From Eledone cirrhosa (lineage: Eukaryota): DNA of 64,000 nt. Every line of letters begins with the position of its first letter. Positions within the stretch are counted from its first letter, which is position 1. The notes beneath the pieces were generated by a model. The model ran no database searches. It had not been told where the DNA came from and worked only from the letters and a program-made list of their open reading frames with translations. Of this stretch, positions 1 through 14,438 are shown piece after piece. The stretch lies in contig OZ024743.1 in the NCBI GenBank assembly GCA_964016885.1, forward strand, positions 326,554,001 to 326,618,000, in the 5' to 3' direction. The translations under genes and the position numbers were made by a program.

Positions 1-79
1 TATATTTGATATATATTTATCCTTATCGAGCCCTCTTTGGATTTTAGTCTTCAAATTTATTATTATTACTATATATATT

Positions 80-167
<88 letters not shown>

Positions 168-170
<3 letters not shown>

Positions 171-295
171 GTAAAATTCCGTTATAATTCCATTATAAAG
201 AATTTTTCGTTACAACGATTTTCGTTTTACCGTTATAACGAAAATCGTTGTAACGAAAAATTCTTTATAATGGTATTATAACGGAATTTTACCTC
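168..295. repeat. About 60-bp-arm hairpin between (CA)n(GA)n and GT/GA tracts
   Basis: gaggtaaaattccgttataa...cgattttcgtt and aacgaaaatcg...ttataacggaattttacctc. Confidence 0.85.
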
Positions 296-705
296 TGTGT
301 GAGTGTGTGTGTTTCACTGTATATATGAAAGAGAGGGAGTGAGAGAGAAAGAGAGACAGAGATATGTAAAATCCCAATCGCGGCGCCAGGCAGTTTCGGC
401 TAGTGTGTTCAGCAAGCCTTTTCAAGGGTGTAGTGATATTTGTAGGGTGTGAAAAATAGGTCACTAGTTTTGATAGTGTTTTGGTTGAATTTTTCTAGTA
501 GTAAACTGGTCTGGTGGAGAAGTGGGATTGGGGAAAGAATGGTAAGTGTATCTGGACATGCAAGGGGTCAGGAGAAGGAAGTAGTGTGAGTGGGGGTTGG
601 GGGGATTAGTAGGTATGAAGGAATACGAAGAGAAGGAGCATACTGATCATAGGAATAAGGGGTGGAGGGGTGAGGGATAAGACTGTTTATTGACAGGGTT
701 TAGAT

Positions 706-1003
706 CAGTGGTTCCCAACCTTTTGTGCCCCATGCCCCACCTCAACATCTCAAACATTTGTATGCCTCACTTTGATATAAAAACAGCGATGATCAACTAC
801 AAAGTCTAAACAAATTGGTGTATGGGTGATGTCAGATGCACAATAACATGTGTGGAGGAGGTGAGACAGGAGTTTCCGACGGTAATTTGTTCCAAAGTTG
901 CCTTGGTGTAAAGGTAATAGGGTAAAATCTGAAGTTGGCTCACATTAACACCATTTTAAAATTGCTCCCCTGTGGGGCGTGCGCCCTACGTTGGAAATCA
1001 CCG
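706..1003. mobile_element. hAT (Charlie-like) MITE, old
   Basis: TIRs cagtggttcccaac and gttggaaatcaccg; degenerate 8-bp TSD gtttagat/gttttgaa. Confidence 0.65.
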
Positions 1004-1424
1004 GTTTTGAAGCTGATGGGCTATTTGTAAGTAAAGAATAGAATTAAAAATAAAAAGTGGGTTATATAAAAGTAAATGAGCAAATGGTTAAATAAATTAG
1101 TAAATAGGATCAAATAAGATCAAGTAAAGTATAAGGGTTTAAAAAACGGTAGAGTAGATAGTATGGGTTGGTAACCATTGATGAAGTGTATGTATTATGT
1201 GTATGCATATTACATACACACAAGTATACTGGGGAGTTTTAGAAGGTTTTACATAGAAATGCCGGAATAAATGAATCAGTTATTACTTTAATGGAAAGGG
1301 TGGGGTGAGGTAATCATTTAGAGAGTAAATAAATGAGTAATTGGAAAGAATAGGTAAAGTATGCACACACAGGCACAAGCATGTTCATACATGCACACAT
1401 CCATACCCGTGTGTACACATACAC

Positions 1425-2185
1425 ATGATGGCTACAACTCGATATCGAGTAATGCCATCACTTGATACTTAAGCATGATCATCACGGATGTGGTTTTTTA
1501 GTCCAGCTAGGGACTTGCCTATGGCCAGCAATACCATGCATCGCAATAAATGTCACATATCAAGCGATGCCTGTGCTTGAAGCTTTTTAAGTGAGGAAAG
1601 TCTTTGAACGGGACCAATCCCACTCTCTGAATATCAAATGAAGAACTGGTCAACATCATTAGATGCAAATGAAGTCGCAGGTTTTATATCAGAGTGACCT
1701 TCTCCTAGAGAGATGTTTTAATGAAAACTGGGGTCTCTCGCTCCACAAAAAAACCCATTATTGGATGGCCGTTGACGCTCCTGAGTTCCTCTGCCCTTTG
1801 ACGGTTTTTTTTTCATCCCGCAGGGTGTCCAAGATTACATACATACGTACATACATGATGATGATGGCTGCCCCCTTGTTATCGAGTGTGGCCATTGCAT
1901 GATATACCATTATTAATAATTATTAATTAATTCTATCGTGCAATGCCTGTGCATGAAGATATTTTTTAAAGTGAAGAAAGACTGTGCACTGAGCCAACCC
2001 ACTCTCAGCGACAGTAGCTATAACCCGAAAAGAAGAAAAGATCAACATCATCGGTAACTACTGAGCCGCAGGTTTTATGACGGAGTTAACTCAGTTTCCT
2101 GAGTTGCCTTCTCCTAGAAGAATACCCTGACAAAGGCTATGGGTCCTTCACTCATAAGAGTCAACGGCCATCCAAAAGTGTGTAA
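1425..2185 (-). mobile_element. Two tandem copies of a short non-autonomous retroposon (probably RTE-derived); third copy at 3790-4400
   Basis: All three share gcaatgcctgtgc, cccactctc, caacatcat, gcaggtttta and ccttctcctag, and abut (ACAT)n. The reverse strand ctaggagaagg-aactc resembles RTE 5' UTRs. Confidence 0.55.
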
Positions 2186-2274
2186 ATATGTATATACACA
2201 TGTACCGCGCGGTTAGACGTACATACATACATACATACATACATACATACATACATACATACATACATACATAC

Positions 2275-3738
2275 AGAGCTGTGCCCTCCTCTAGAAATCT
2301 AGAGATGAACGGCCTGACAATACAACCTCTACAGTCAGGTGACCACTACAGATATCTTGAACAGGATGAGAATGTCAGATATGATGGACCCATAAATAAG
2401 GAGAGAACCAGAACTGAATACCCCAGAAGAGTAAAGAAAATATGGTCATCAGAACTGTCAGCGTACAACAAATACATTGCCCACAATACTTATGCTGTGC
2501 CAATTCTAACGCCAACATTTGGCCTGCTGAACTGGTCATTGCCAGAACTAAGTGAGATGGATGTTAGAACTCGCAAACTTCTCAGTGTTACTGGGAACTT
2601 TAACATCAATGGTGATGTGGATAGGCTATATTCTCACGCAAGGAAGGTGGCCGGGGTCTAAAATCCATATTAACAACATATGAGACCCGGATAGTAACAC
2701 TGAAGCAACACCTTCAACAGAGGAAAAAGGTTGGCAACCATCTTGCCCAGGTTTATGAGCATGAAAATAAAATATCATTAGAATAGCGACTGATCTGGAG
2801 GAGAGATATGGAATAAAGCCTGATATAAATCTCTCACCCAGAGAAATCGGAAGATCCTATTCAATGTTAAAACAAGATGAAAAAATTGATCAATTTACAG
2901 AAAAAGTTGTGCATGGATACTTGAGACGTAAAACACAGACCATAGAGGGGATAAACCACTCAAAAATCCTGGCATGGAGTTCCGACAAGTTTATAACATC
3001 ACACCTTGAGGGATATCTCAATGCAATACAGGAACAAGAACTCCCTACCAAATATCTGCTGCATAAAAGGGGAGGGCCAGCAGCTGACAATAAATGTAAA
3101 ACAAAGATCGAGGATGTAAGCCACATTGTTGCCAGCTGCGAAAGAATGTCATCTCGCTACTACCTCCCCATGAGACACGATGGGATATCTAGAACCATCT
3201 GGAACGCACTTCGGAAAACAAAATTAACAACAAACGAGGAATAATATATTGAGACAGATGGCACTAAGGAATACTGGTGGAACCTGAAAATAAAAACTGC
3301 CACCAAATTAAAGCACAACCGGCCTGATATTGTTGTTTGGGACCACACATTGAAAACGTGTTCTGTTGTGGAGATCAGCTGCCCACTTGATGTAAACGTT
3401 GTCAGAAAAATACAGGAGAAGGAGGACATCTACGGACCATTGATGAGGAGTTTACAAATCCAGTATCCAAGATACACCTTTAGCTTCATACCCATCATTA
3501 TTGGAGCTACGGGTTATATACCAACCCGCTTGGACCAAAGTATGACTGAACTTGGATTTGCGGACAAGAAGCGCAGCTCCCTAATTCATAGTCTACAAAT
3601 GGCTGCGATAGCTGGCACCTTCAAAATTTGCAAAACATTCTTGCGATTCAGGGATGACAATTTCTTTTCTTTTACAACTTTGCCACCAGGAAGGTGGCCG
3701 GTCAAAAAAAATATACATGAAATTAAGAGAAAATGATA
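2275..3738 (+). mobile_element. 5'-truncated R4/Dong-like non-LTR retrotransposon (RT end, zinc knuckle, restriction-like endonuclease)
   Basis: Frameshifted ORFs with DVDRLY, AIQEQ, C..KIEDVSHIVASC, RHD, HNRPDIV, VEISCP, IPIIIGATG; (TACA)n on both sides. Confidence 0.85.
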
Positions 3739-4992
3739 ACATACATACATACATACATACATACATACATACATACATACATACATACATACATGGTGGC
3801 TGCCAACTCTTTTCGAGTACGGCCACTACTTTATATCCATGTAGGAGAACCCCTACCGATGCGCTAAACGAGTGTGACTTTTTAGTCCAGCCAGCGACTT
3901 GAAAACTCTGGTACAAACACTACACTTGTGACAATTATTGACGCATAGTGCTGGGCCCATGGTACCATGTGATGACAAGTGTAGAGAGATCTCCAGATAT
4001 AAAGCAATGCCTGTGCCGTTAAGCTTTTATAGTGAGCAAAAGCACTGCACAAAGCCAGTCCCACTCTCTTAACCAAGATGATATTTACCAAAGAGAAGAA
4101 CAAGTCAACATCATTGGATACCATCAGGGTTGCAGGTGTTATATCAGAGTTTTCCTTCTCCTAGAATTCTGCCGTGACAAAGGCTAAGGGGTCATCTCTC
4201 CCGGTGATTTTGGATGGCCATTGACTCTTAAGAGCTCCGTTGCCCTTTGACATGTTTTGTTTTTAATCCTGCAGGATGTCCAAAGTCACCCTCCTCACTA
4301 AGAAACCTTGGCGGGGTTGCCAGTTTAGTCGCCAACGACCCGACCATGAGACAGGTTGTACTGGGATACATGTTACCAGTAGCACCAACTGGTGACCTGA
4401 CATACATACATACATACGTACGTACATACATACATACATACATACATACATACATACATACATACATACATACATACATACATACATACATACATACATA
4501 CATACATACACATGCCTGCATGTACACGTGAACACAGTCATGTGAAAGCACATACACATATATATGCATATATGTATGCACATGCACATCCACAAGCACA
4601 TCGGTGCAGTCTCACACACACACACATGCAGATGTATCATACACATGCACATATTTCCACAGCCATACCTGAATGAGGGAAGAGGAGGCGGTAAAACTAT
4701 CTGTACACACATGGCAAGTATGTAAAAGGAAACATATGAGTAGTAGTTGGTTGATGGTACATTGCAGGTGAGGGTGGGGGAGTGGGGCATGGGCCCAAGG
4801 TCTTTGCATGTGGGTTCCCAGAGGAAGTGCAGTTGTAGTGCAGGAATGTAGGGTGGGGCTCAGTCCAGTTAAAGGTCACTGCGCGTGCTTAAATGTCGAG
4901 TGGTTTGGGTTCCAGCGCTTGGTAGGTGTGGATCATTAGTTTGAGGCATAGATATTATTTTTGTATGCGGTGCATACATTTGGTCACTAATT

Positions 4993-5026
<34 letters not shown>

Positions 5027-5033
<7 letters not shown>

Positions 5034-5620
5034 ATACTTTGGGAGGGTCATGTTGCCAATAAGAAACACACGCACCAGTTGCTTTCACTTCAATTTAATT
5101 TATTATATATTTATAAATTTACAAATTTATAAATTTCTGGTTGGTTGGTTGGTTCCACAACCAGATAGTTGTTTATATATATATAGTCATAGTTCTTTCG
5201 TCACACACTCTGTGACCTCTTCAGTGACTGGGGATTTCTTTCTTCGTTTCTGTGCCTTTCTTTTCTTCTATCCTACGCCATTTTGTTTGTGTGTCACACA
5301 AACAAAATGGCGTAGGATAGAAGAAAAGAAAGGCACAGAAACGAAGAAAGAAATCCCCAGTCACTGAAGAGGTCACAGAGTGTGTGACGAAAGAACTATG
5401 ACTATATATATATAAACAACTATCTGGTTGTGGAACCAACCAACCAACCAGAAATTTATAAATTTGTAAATTTATAAATATATAATAAATTAAATTGAAG
5501 TGAAAGCAACTGGTGCGTGTGTTTCTTATTGGCAACATGACCCTCCCAAAGTATAACAATATCGGTTTCAACACACGATTTCAGATAAAGAATCTTGCTA
5601 AACAAATTCAGAAACGAAAT
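5027..5620. mobile_element. Fold-back PLE-type insertion in (TA)n: about 267-bp perfect palindrome arms (5027-5561, centre 5294) plus an unpaired tail
   Basis: Arms are reverse complements around gtgtg-t-cacac, each arm carries a hammerhead, and (TA)n flanks both sides. A related copy is at 6445-6800. Confidence 0.85.
5359..5403 (+). ncRNA. Minimal hammerhead ribozyme (mirror copy 5185-5229 on -, third copy 6546-6590 on +)
   Basis: AGTCA-CTGAAGA-g-GTCACA gagtg TGTGAC-GAAA-G aa C-TA-TGACT. Stems I, II and III all pair, with a CUA triplet and one extra G before stem II. Confidence 0.78.
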
Positions 5621-5640
5621 ATATATATATATATATATAT

Positions 5641-6201
<561 letters not shown>

Positions 6202-6815
6202 ATACTTGGGCAGCGTCATATTTGTGTAATATTGCCAGAATTAATAATAGAACACACTCACTGTTTGGTTGGTTTTCGCTTTTCGCTTCTGTGTCTTTTA
6301 TATCGGTAATCTAATTTATTCGGTCCTCAATGTTGCCATTGACTGACCAACGGTCAAAAATAATACAGATACAATATAGACACAAACACATATATATAGT
6401 TTATCATTTGATAAACTATATATATGTGTTTGTGTCTATATTTTTGTGCCTCTCCTTTGTTCTGTCCTACGCCATTTTGTTTGTACGCCAAAATGATGTA
6501 GGACAGAACAAAGGAGAGGCACAAAAAACAAAGAAAAGAATCCCCAGTCACTGAAGAGGTCACAGAGTGTGTGACGAAAGAACTATGATAATATATAAAC
6601 AACTATCTGGTTGTGGAACCAACCAAACAACCAGAAATTTATAAATTTATAAATTTATAAATTTATTATAATAAATTGAAGTGAAAGCAACTGGTGCGTG
6701 TGTTTCTTATTGGCAACATGACCCTCCCAAAGTATAACAATATCGGTTTCAACACACGATTTCAGATAAAGAATCTTGCTAAACAAATTCAGAAACGATA
6801 TATATATATATATAT

Positions 6816-8075
<1,260 letters not shown>

Positions 8076-8262
8076 AAACCTTTATATATATATATATACA
8101 TATATATACGTATATATATACGTATATATATATATACGTATATACGGGGTAACAGATTATTGTTATAGGTAGTCCACTTAAGTGTAGTCCAGTTAGGGTA
8201 CTCCGAGTAGTTTTTTGTATAGCAAACCGTGTCACTCTTCTTTCCTGATTTATATATATATG

Positions 8263-8315
<53 letters not shown>

Positions 8316-8458
8316 ATTAAAATACTGGAGCGTGTTGGAGTTAAACACCCTCTTCGTATTATAGAAATGACAGTAAAAGGTATAGCTCAATGTAATTAAA
8401 CAGAGCCGAAGAATTATGAAAATAAAGCAAAGAAGCCTTCAATACATCAAAAGTCTTT

Positions 8459-8503
8459 ATTAGCCAACAATGTTTCGTCCTATTAAGGACTCATCAGGGC
8501 AAT
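8459..8503 (-). ncRNA. Minimal type-I hammerhead ribozyme in the 3' pLTR
   Basis: Minus strand reads attGCC-CTGATGA-GTCC ttaata GGAC-GAAA-C att G-TT-GGCtaat, with a GUU cleavage triplet. Confidence 0.8.
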
Positions 8504-10180
8504 CAAAACCACAAGAAGCACTATCGGCCAATACAAGCCGAAAACTCCGAAGAATATGGAGTGTACATACACTAAAGTATTGGAAGATTATGGCTAAAAA
8601 TATATAATAAAAATCACTAAGGAGGTGGATAACATTTTGAACCATATTACAAATATAGTCCAAAGCAAAAAAACTAGAGCTAAACAAAGGTGGTTATATA
8701 GAGCGGGAATTATAGTACTATATGTAATACAATATAATATAATATAGTATACTTGTAACAATATTAAAATTAAAATTAAAATTAAAAGGCACAATATACA
8801 TATGTATATATATACGCACATATATATATACATCAATACACATTTCCATCCTTAACAGCACAAATTAAACCTTATTAAGAGTTTAAATATAAATAAGCAT
8901 AATAATACGTATATCTAATATACAGTATAACATGAAGTAATGAAATGATTAAAAGTAACACATATAATATATAATAATATAATATATAATATAAAATATA
9001 ATTATATAATATATAATATAATCTAATAGATAATCTCCGGTTAATTTACACAAACAATATAGATGTCACAATAACAGTATAATAATAATATAATAATATA
9101 TAATATATAATGGCATGTAAGTTAACAAATCAATTCATATAGAGTTACAGCGTAAGTGAGAAAAAAAATATAAATTGCACAATACCCAAAATTATGATGG
9201 TACAAAAATATAAACATCTTACATGATATATAAAATTTAACATATCATAATGGTACATAAAATCATCGGTAAGTAATAAGGATCAATAGTACATTTACAA
9301 AGAGTTGAATAACAACTTCAATATAAAATAATGAACATAATATAATATATAATTACTTATAATTACAAGGTTGGTAAACAGACACATATGTGAATGAGTG
9401 AATAAGGGCCAGACAGAAAATACTATGCACAGTAGTATTAATAAATAAATAAATAAAATCGACCGGAAATTCAAAAAACAAAAACAAAAACAAAAGTATT
9501 TACTTAGGTCTCACATGCAGTTAAGTAAAAACTTAGGAAACAACCCGGATAAATGACTAGAAAACCCTATTTGATAAATTAATATTGAAAATATTTAAAA
9601 TACCTAATAAGGCAATACAATATTAGCTATGGTTTAAGTAATCAAAATCCCTAAACATTAATATTTCACTATAAATATATATATAAAGGAATGAAATATT
9701 CTACTATCATTTACATAACGATATCTAAAAAACTGACTTAAGCAGAATTATGGTAGGCTAATAGGGACAGAAAAAAAGAAATGTATGGAGGATACAAAGG
9801 AGCATAAAATCATAATCAATATACTGTATTATATAATAGAAAGGAGCATAAAAAGGGGGGGGATTAAATATAATCATAATATATTTGAAGGGGTTAGCAA
9901 TTAGTTTAAGTGTGCATGGGGGGGGGGGGGGTTATCCAAAGAAGAATCCAAATAAAATAAAATAAAATGAAATAAAATAATATAAAATATATAATCAGAT
10001 ATACTCATAAGGTGTTAATAGTGAAAATTTAATGTGTAAGAAGATAGATATGGTATAGTAGCCAAAAGATTATGAGAGCTAGAATAAAAAGTTGTCAAAA
10101 ACCAATGATAATAATGATGATAATAATGGTGGTAAACAAAAAGAACCTAAACTAAAAAAATAAGTAATGGAATATATCAG

Positions 10181-12898
10181 CTAATGGATACAATTTACAC
10201 TACTAGAACCTTTAGGTTTATAATAAAAGTAAGAATTAGAAATAGCGTGGGGGAAAGAAGAGAATATCTCAGACTTTCTATTAAGTAAGGATTCACTAGA
10301 GAAAATTATAGAGTGTGTCTCGAGGATACAGAGATTACAAAATTTAGTATGTGTAGAAAGGTTATTAGAGCGTGCTACTAAACGCCAATTAAGGCTATAT
10401 GGTATATTAGCCCCCTTAAGATCCCAGATATAGTGTGCTAAAGAAGTAGAATTCTTAAACTTAGCATGTTTGAAATTAGAGATATGAGAATTAAACCTAG
10501 TCTTAAAAGTGTTAGATGTAGAGCCTATATAAGTTCTATTAGAGGAATTAGTTATAACTACGCAAGCATAAACGATGTTCTTAGAGAGGCAGTTACCGTT
10601 TAAAGGGCAGTTAGCACTCACTCTACAGTTACACTTCCGGGTGCTATTGATTGGCTGAAGTAGTGATGCATTACACGTAGGATTACTATTAGATAATGTC
10701 TGCTCTGGTGGTAAGGCATTTGCAGATCTGTTCAGACTAGTAGTATGTAGAGAGGAGTATCCATCCTTAATTTTCCTATTGTTAGTGCTAGCTAAATGAG
10801 AACTAATATTAGGGGTGGTAGAGAATGAAAGTTTAATAACATTTTTATTAAAAATACTATGGTATTTATGAGAAGGGGGGAAATTTTTCTCTAAGATAGA
10901 AAAGAAAGACCTAGGGATATTAGTTAATACTTCCTGATTATATGGCGGGTTAAAATAAGTATTTAGTCTCCTTCTATTTTTATCCTTTCCGACTCTACGA
11001 TTATCCAATATCCCATTATTAAGACTAGGGTTACTACAAGGATTAGTTAAAACCGCATTATTAGAATCAGCCGAAATTCCATTAAGTCTCTTTCTGTTTC
11101 TACCTCTAGTAGATCTGCTGCTGTCTGGAATCCTATCAAAAGGATTAGGGCTAATAATAGGATCAGTAGAAACAACATTATTAGAATTAGATCTAGCAAA
11201 AGCATCACCAATGAGTGAGCGCTCAGAGGGTTCGACTTGATTCCTAGAGGTATTATATTCCCTATTACGAGTCCGGTGGGTTAACTTATGGATGGGTTCA
11301 GATACACCTATGTAATTTCTACGATTATTATGCTTCCTACTCCCATTCATGGCCATGTTATGGAATATTATGTTATTATTATTATAAGTAAGCGGAGACT
11401 TTCTAAGGTTACTATTATTATAATGTATTTTACTAGAGTAACCGGAATTAGCTAGGGCATTATTATAGTACTCCGCATGTTCATTAAATGTTCCTACGTC
11501 CTTAGAGAGTGTGGAAATCCTATTAGATACACCCTTAATTATAGAGCTTATCATAGATTTGGGGTGGTTAGAATTGGGACTAACATAAGAAAGCATTTCA
11601 TTAGGCTTATGGAAGGGTTTAAAACTATTAGTGACCAAGTCCAAAGTCACATCTAAAAAGTTGACCGCTCTATCGTTTCTATCTATCGTGATCGAAAGGT
11701 TATAGCTTTTAAAAAACTTATAAAGCTTCTTCTTATTATGCTCGACATTGTTGGTGCTAGAGTTAATCACAAACAATGCATCATCCCGATATAGTCCGCC
11801 TTTAAGGTGCGGAAAGGTAACATATAGTTCATTTAGGAGGAACAACCCAACAAGATCAGTTACCTGGGCCGAATCATTCGAACCCATTGTAACGTCGAAA
11901 TTGTTGGGCGTGTTTTTACGGGTCCAAAATGTGTCCTCAAAATTAATGATAGTTCTACGGGCTGCTAGTATAACATCTACCTGTGATCGTGTAAGGCTGG
12001 ACACTCTCATGGCCAACATTAAGGCTTTATTGAGGAGGATGGGTGAAATCGATGTGTAGTAGGCATCAATATCGAACTGGATAAACTTATTAGATTCAAG
12101 TTTATTAATCCCAGAGAACCAATCTATAACTTCCTTAGTGTTCCCCCATAGGTTAAAATTAACTTTATCCCTAACATCTGGTATAATAAGGTCAAGGATT
12201 TTTTTACTGATTATGGCTATATCGGACTTAGAAGGACAGATGAGTCTAACAGGGGGGTTACTAATGAAGTCTACCTTATGATCCTTAAGAGTGAATCTCG
12301 GTTCTCTAGGGTAATATGGCTGGGTATACTTATCAAGGCCGAGGTCCGAGGCTATTTTAAGATCCTCACTATTGATATGGTTCAAATTATCTAGCGTAGT
12401 CTTTTTATAATTTCTATGCAGCTCCTTATAAATAAAGTCACGGTAAGCACTGTAATCCATAGAGTATAGGTTCTTAGTCTTATCCGTCGGGACAAGAATA
12501 GACTTATTCGCACTAAAACCCTTAACAATATTTTTAAGTCTAGACTGGAACTTATCAAATTTATTATAATTTCTATGTCTATTATTTGGCCTATACTTAA
12601 TATTTTTGACAAGAGAGAGTTAGTCATTTTCAAAATTATCTAATAGAACATTATGTGGTGGGCTCTTATAAGTTTTGAAGCTATAGTTATTAAAATGAGT
12701 TCTATTCCTGGGGTCCTTCCTATTCCTATTAATATCATAGTGGAAAGCACGCCATCTAATCCTTTTTACGAAGGAGTTAACACTAGCAATCAATAGTTTT
12801 TCGTAAGTATTCTTAGAGGGGGTGGGAATATTCTTCAGAGATAAAGGCAGGTAACTCTTTGTTAGCATACTGTCAGATATATATAAAGGCCAAAACAC
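10181..12898 (-). pseudogene. PLE reverse transcriptase-GIY-YIG ORF, about 905 codons, with one in-frame TAA at 12620-12622
   Basis: Track ORFs 12620..12898 and 10181..12460 are in one frame, and the gap translates openly (FEND*LSLVKNIKY...VPTDKTKNLYSMDY). Motifs: FDIDAYYTSI, MGSNDSAQVTDLVG, GLYRDD, FLDVTLDL, SNHP, CNCRVSANCPLNGNC, IVY...YIGST...KTRFNSH, CNLC. Confidence 0.92.
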
Positions 12899-13085
12899 CA
12901 GTATATAGGAGGAAGCTCAACCAATCGGGAGCAGTGACAAGGATTAAAATACTGGAGCGTGTTGGAGTTAAACACCCTCTTCGTATTATAGAAATGACAG
13001 TAAAAGGTATAGCTCAATGTAATTAAACAGAGCCGAAGAATTATGAAAATAAAGCAAAGAAGCCTTCAATACATCAAAAGTCTTT

Positions 13086-13130
13086 ATTAGCCAACAATGT
13101 TTCGTCCTATTAAGGACTCATCAGGGCAAT
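13086..13130 (-). ncRNA. Minimal hammerhead ribozyme in the 5' pLTR
   Basis: Identical to the motif at 8459-8503. Confidence 0.8.
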
Positions 13131-13253
13131 CAAAACCACAAGAAGCACTATCGGCCAATACAAGCCGAAAACTCCGAAGAATATGGAGTGTACATACACT
13201 AAAGTATTGGAAGATTATGGGTAAAAATATATAATAAAAATCACTAGGTTTTG

Positions 13254-13298
13254 ATTGCCCTGATGAGTCCTTAATAGGACGAAACATTGTTGGCTAAT
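13254..13298 (+). ncRNA. Minimal hammerhead ribozyme in the inverted pLTR
   Basis: attgccCTGATGAgtccttaataggacGAAAcattgTTggctaat read directly on the + strand. Confidence 0.8.
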
Positions 13299-13339
13299 AA
13301 AGACTTTTGATGTATTGAAGGCTTCTTTGCTTTATTTTC

Positions 13340-13375
<36 letters not shown>

Positions 13376-13377
<2 letters not shown>

Positions 13378-14100
13378 CTTTAGGTTTGTTGGTTCACCAC
13401 TGGATAGAACTGGTCATTCCGTATGGTCAATCCTGGTGTAATATCGTGAAGAGTACTCAAATCAGTGCAGTTCACTGGTGCGAATACGGAGTTAATTATA
13501 AATGAAATAACAGGAGGCTGGACTGGTGTAAATCATTGAAAGGTTTATTATACTATGATCATTTCAATGACCGTGTTCCATATGAATCCGGTGATATCAT
13601 CAGGTATTGGAATATACCAAGGAATATGTAAAAAGCCATGGGTCGGAAAAACCAGAGACAGAGAGGACGGCTGACCAACTAGCTGACCAAATAGATTCTT
13701 TGGGTACCATTTTTTTTCGCGGCATTTTCTAACATGAATGTAGTTTGACCCTTACACTACACTTCTTTCTCCCTTTCTTTCTTTCTTCCCCTTCTTCTTT
13801 GACGGAGTGGTGGTAGTACATTATAAGCCTTCTCCCCCTCACCAGATATTCACTGGTAGTTTTCAGTTGCCAACACTTTGAGGACGGCTGGCTGCGAAGC
13901 TAGTTGATCAACCGTCTTCTCTGTCTCTGGTTTCTCGAACCCGTGGTTTTTTCCGACCCATGGCTTTTTACATATTCCTTTGTTATATTCCAATACCTGA
14001 TGATATCACCGGATTCATATGGAACCCGGTCATTGAAATGATCATAGTATAATAAACCTTTCAAGGATTTACACCAGTCCAGCCTCCTGTTATTTCATTT
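13376..14100. mobile_element. Fold-back element with hammerheads in both arms
   Basis: About 13500-13685 is the inverted complement of about 13900-14100; flanked by (TA)n. Confidence 0.78.
13993..14050 (+). ncRNA. Hammerhead ribozyme (mirror copy 13550-13607 on -)
   Basis: ATAC-CTGATGA-t atc ACCGG...CCGGT cat t-GAAA-TGATCA-TA-GTAT. Palindromic stem III, AUA triplet, imperfect base of stem II. Confidence 0.7.
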
Positions 14101-14146
14101 ATATATATATATATATATATAAATACGGCGAAGACTTCTAATTCCA

Positions 14147-14254
<108 letters not shown>

Positions 14255-14352
14255 ATATTAGAATTAGAAGACTTCGACGTATTTATAACTAAAGAAAATA
14301 CGGTGAAATCTAATTCTATTTCAATTTTCAAATTCTGGTCATTGCCTTCTAA

Positions 14353-14438
<86 letters not shown>

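Larger units (their letters stand above)
8312..13343 (-). mobile_element. Near full-length Penelope-like retroelement (C-terminal GIY-YIG; resembles the Hydra clade)
   Basis: 308-bp direct pseudo-LTRs at 8312-8619 and 12939-13246 (one mismatch seen) and an inverted partial pLTR at 13247-13343. Also an RT-GIY-YIG ORF, hammerhead motifs in each pLTR and (TA)n on both flanks. Confidence 0.93.

Noticed and set aside
5029-5574. Near-identical ORFs on opposite strands
   Set aside because: A consequence of the palindrome; no coding features.
11748-12059. 103-aa + strand ORF
   Set aside because: Antisense shadow of the PLE RT.
12391-12633. 80-aa ORF suggesting frameshifts in the PLE
   Set aside because: Off-frame. 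The true frame continues through a single stop at 12620-12622.
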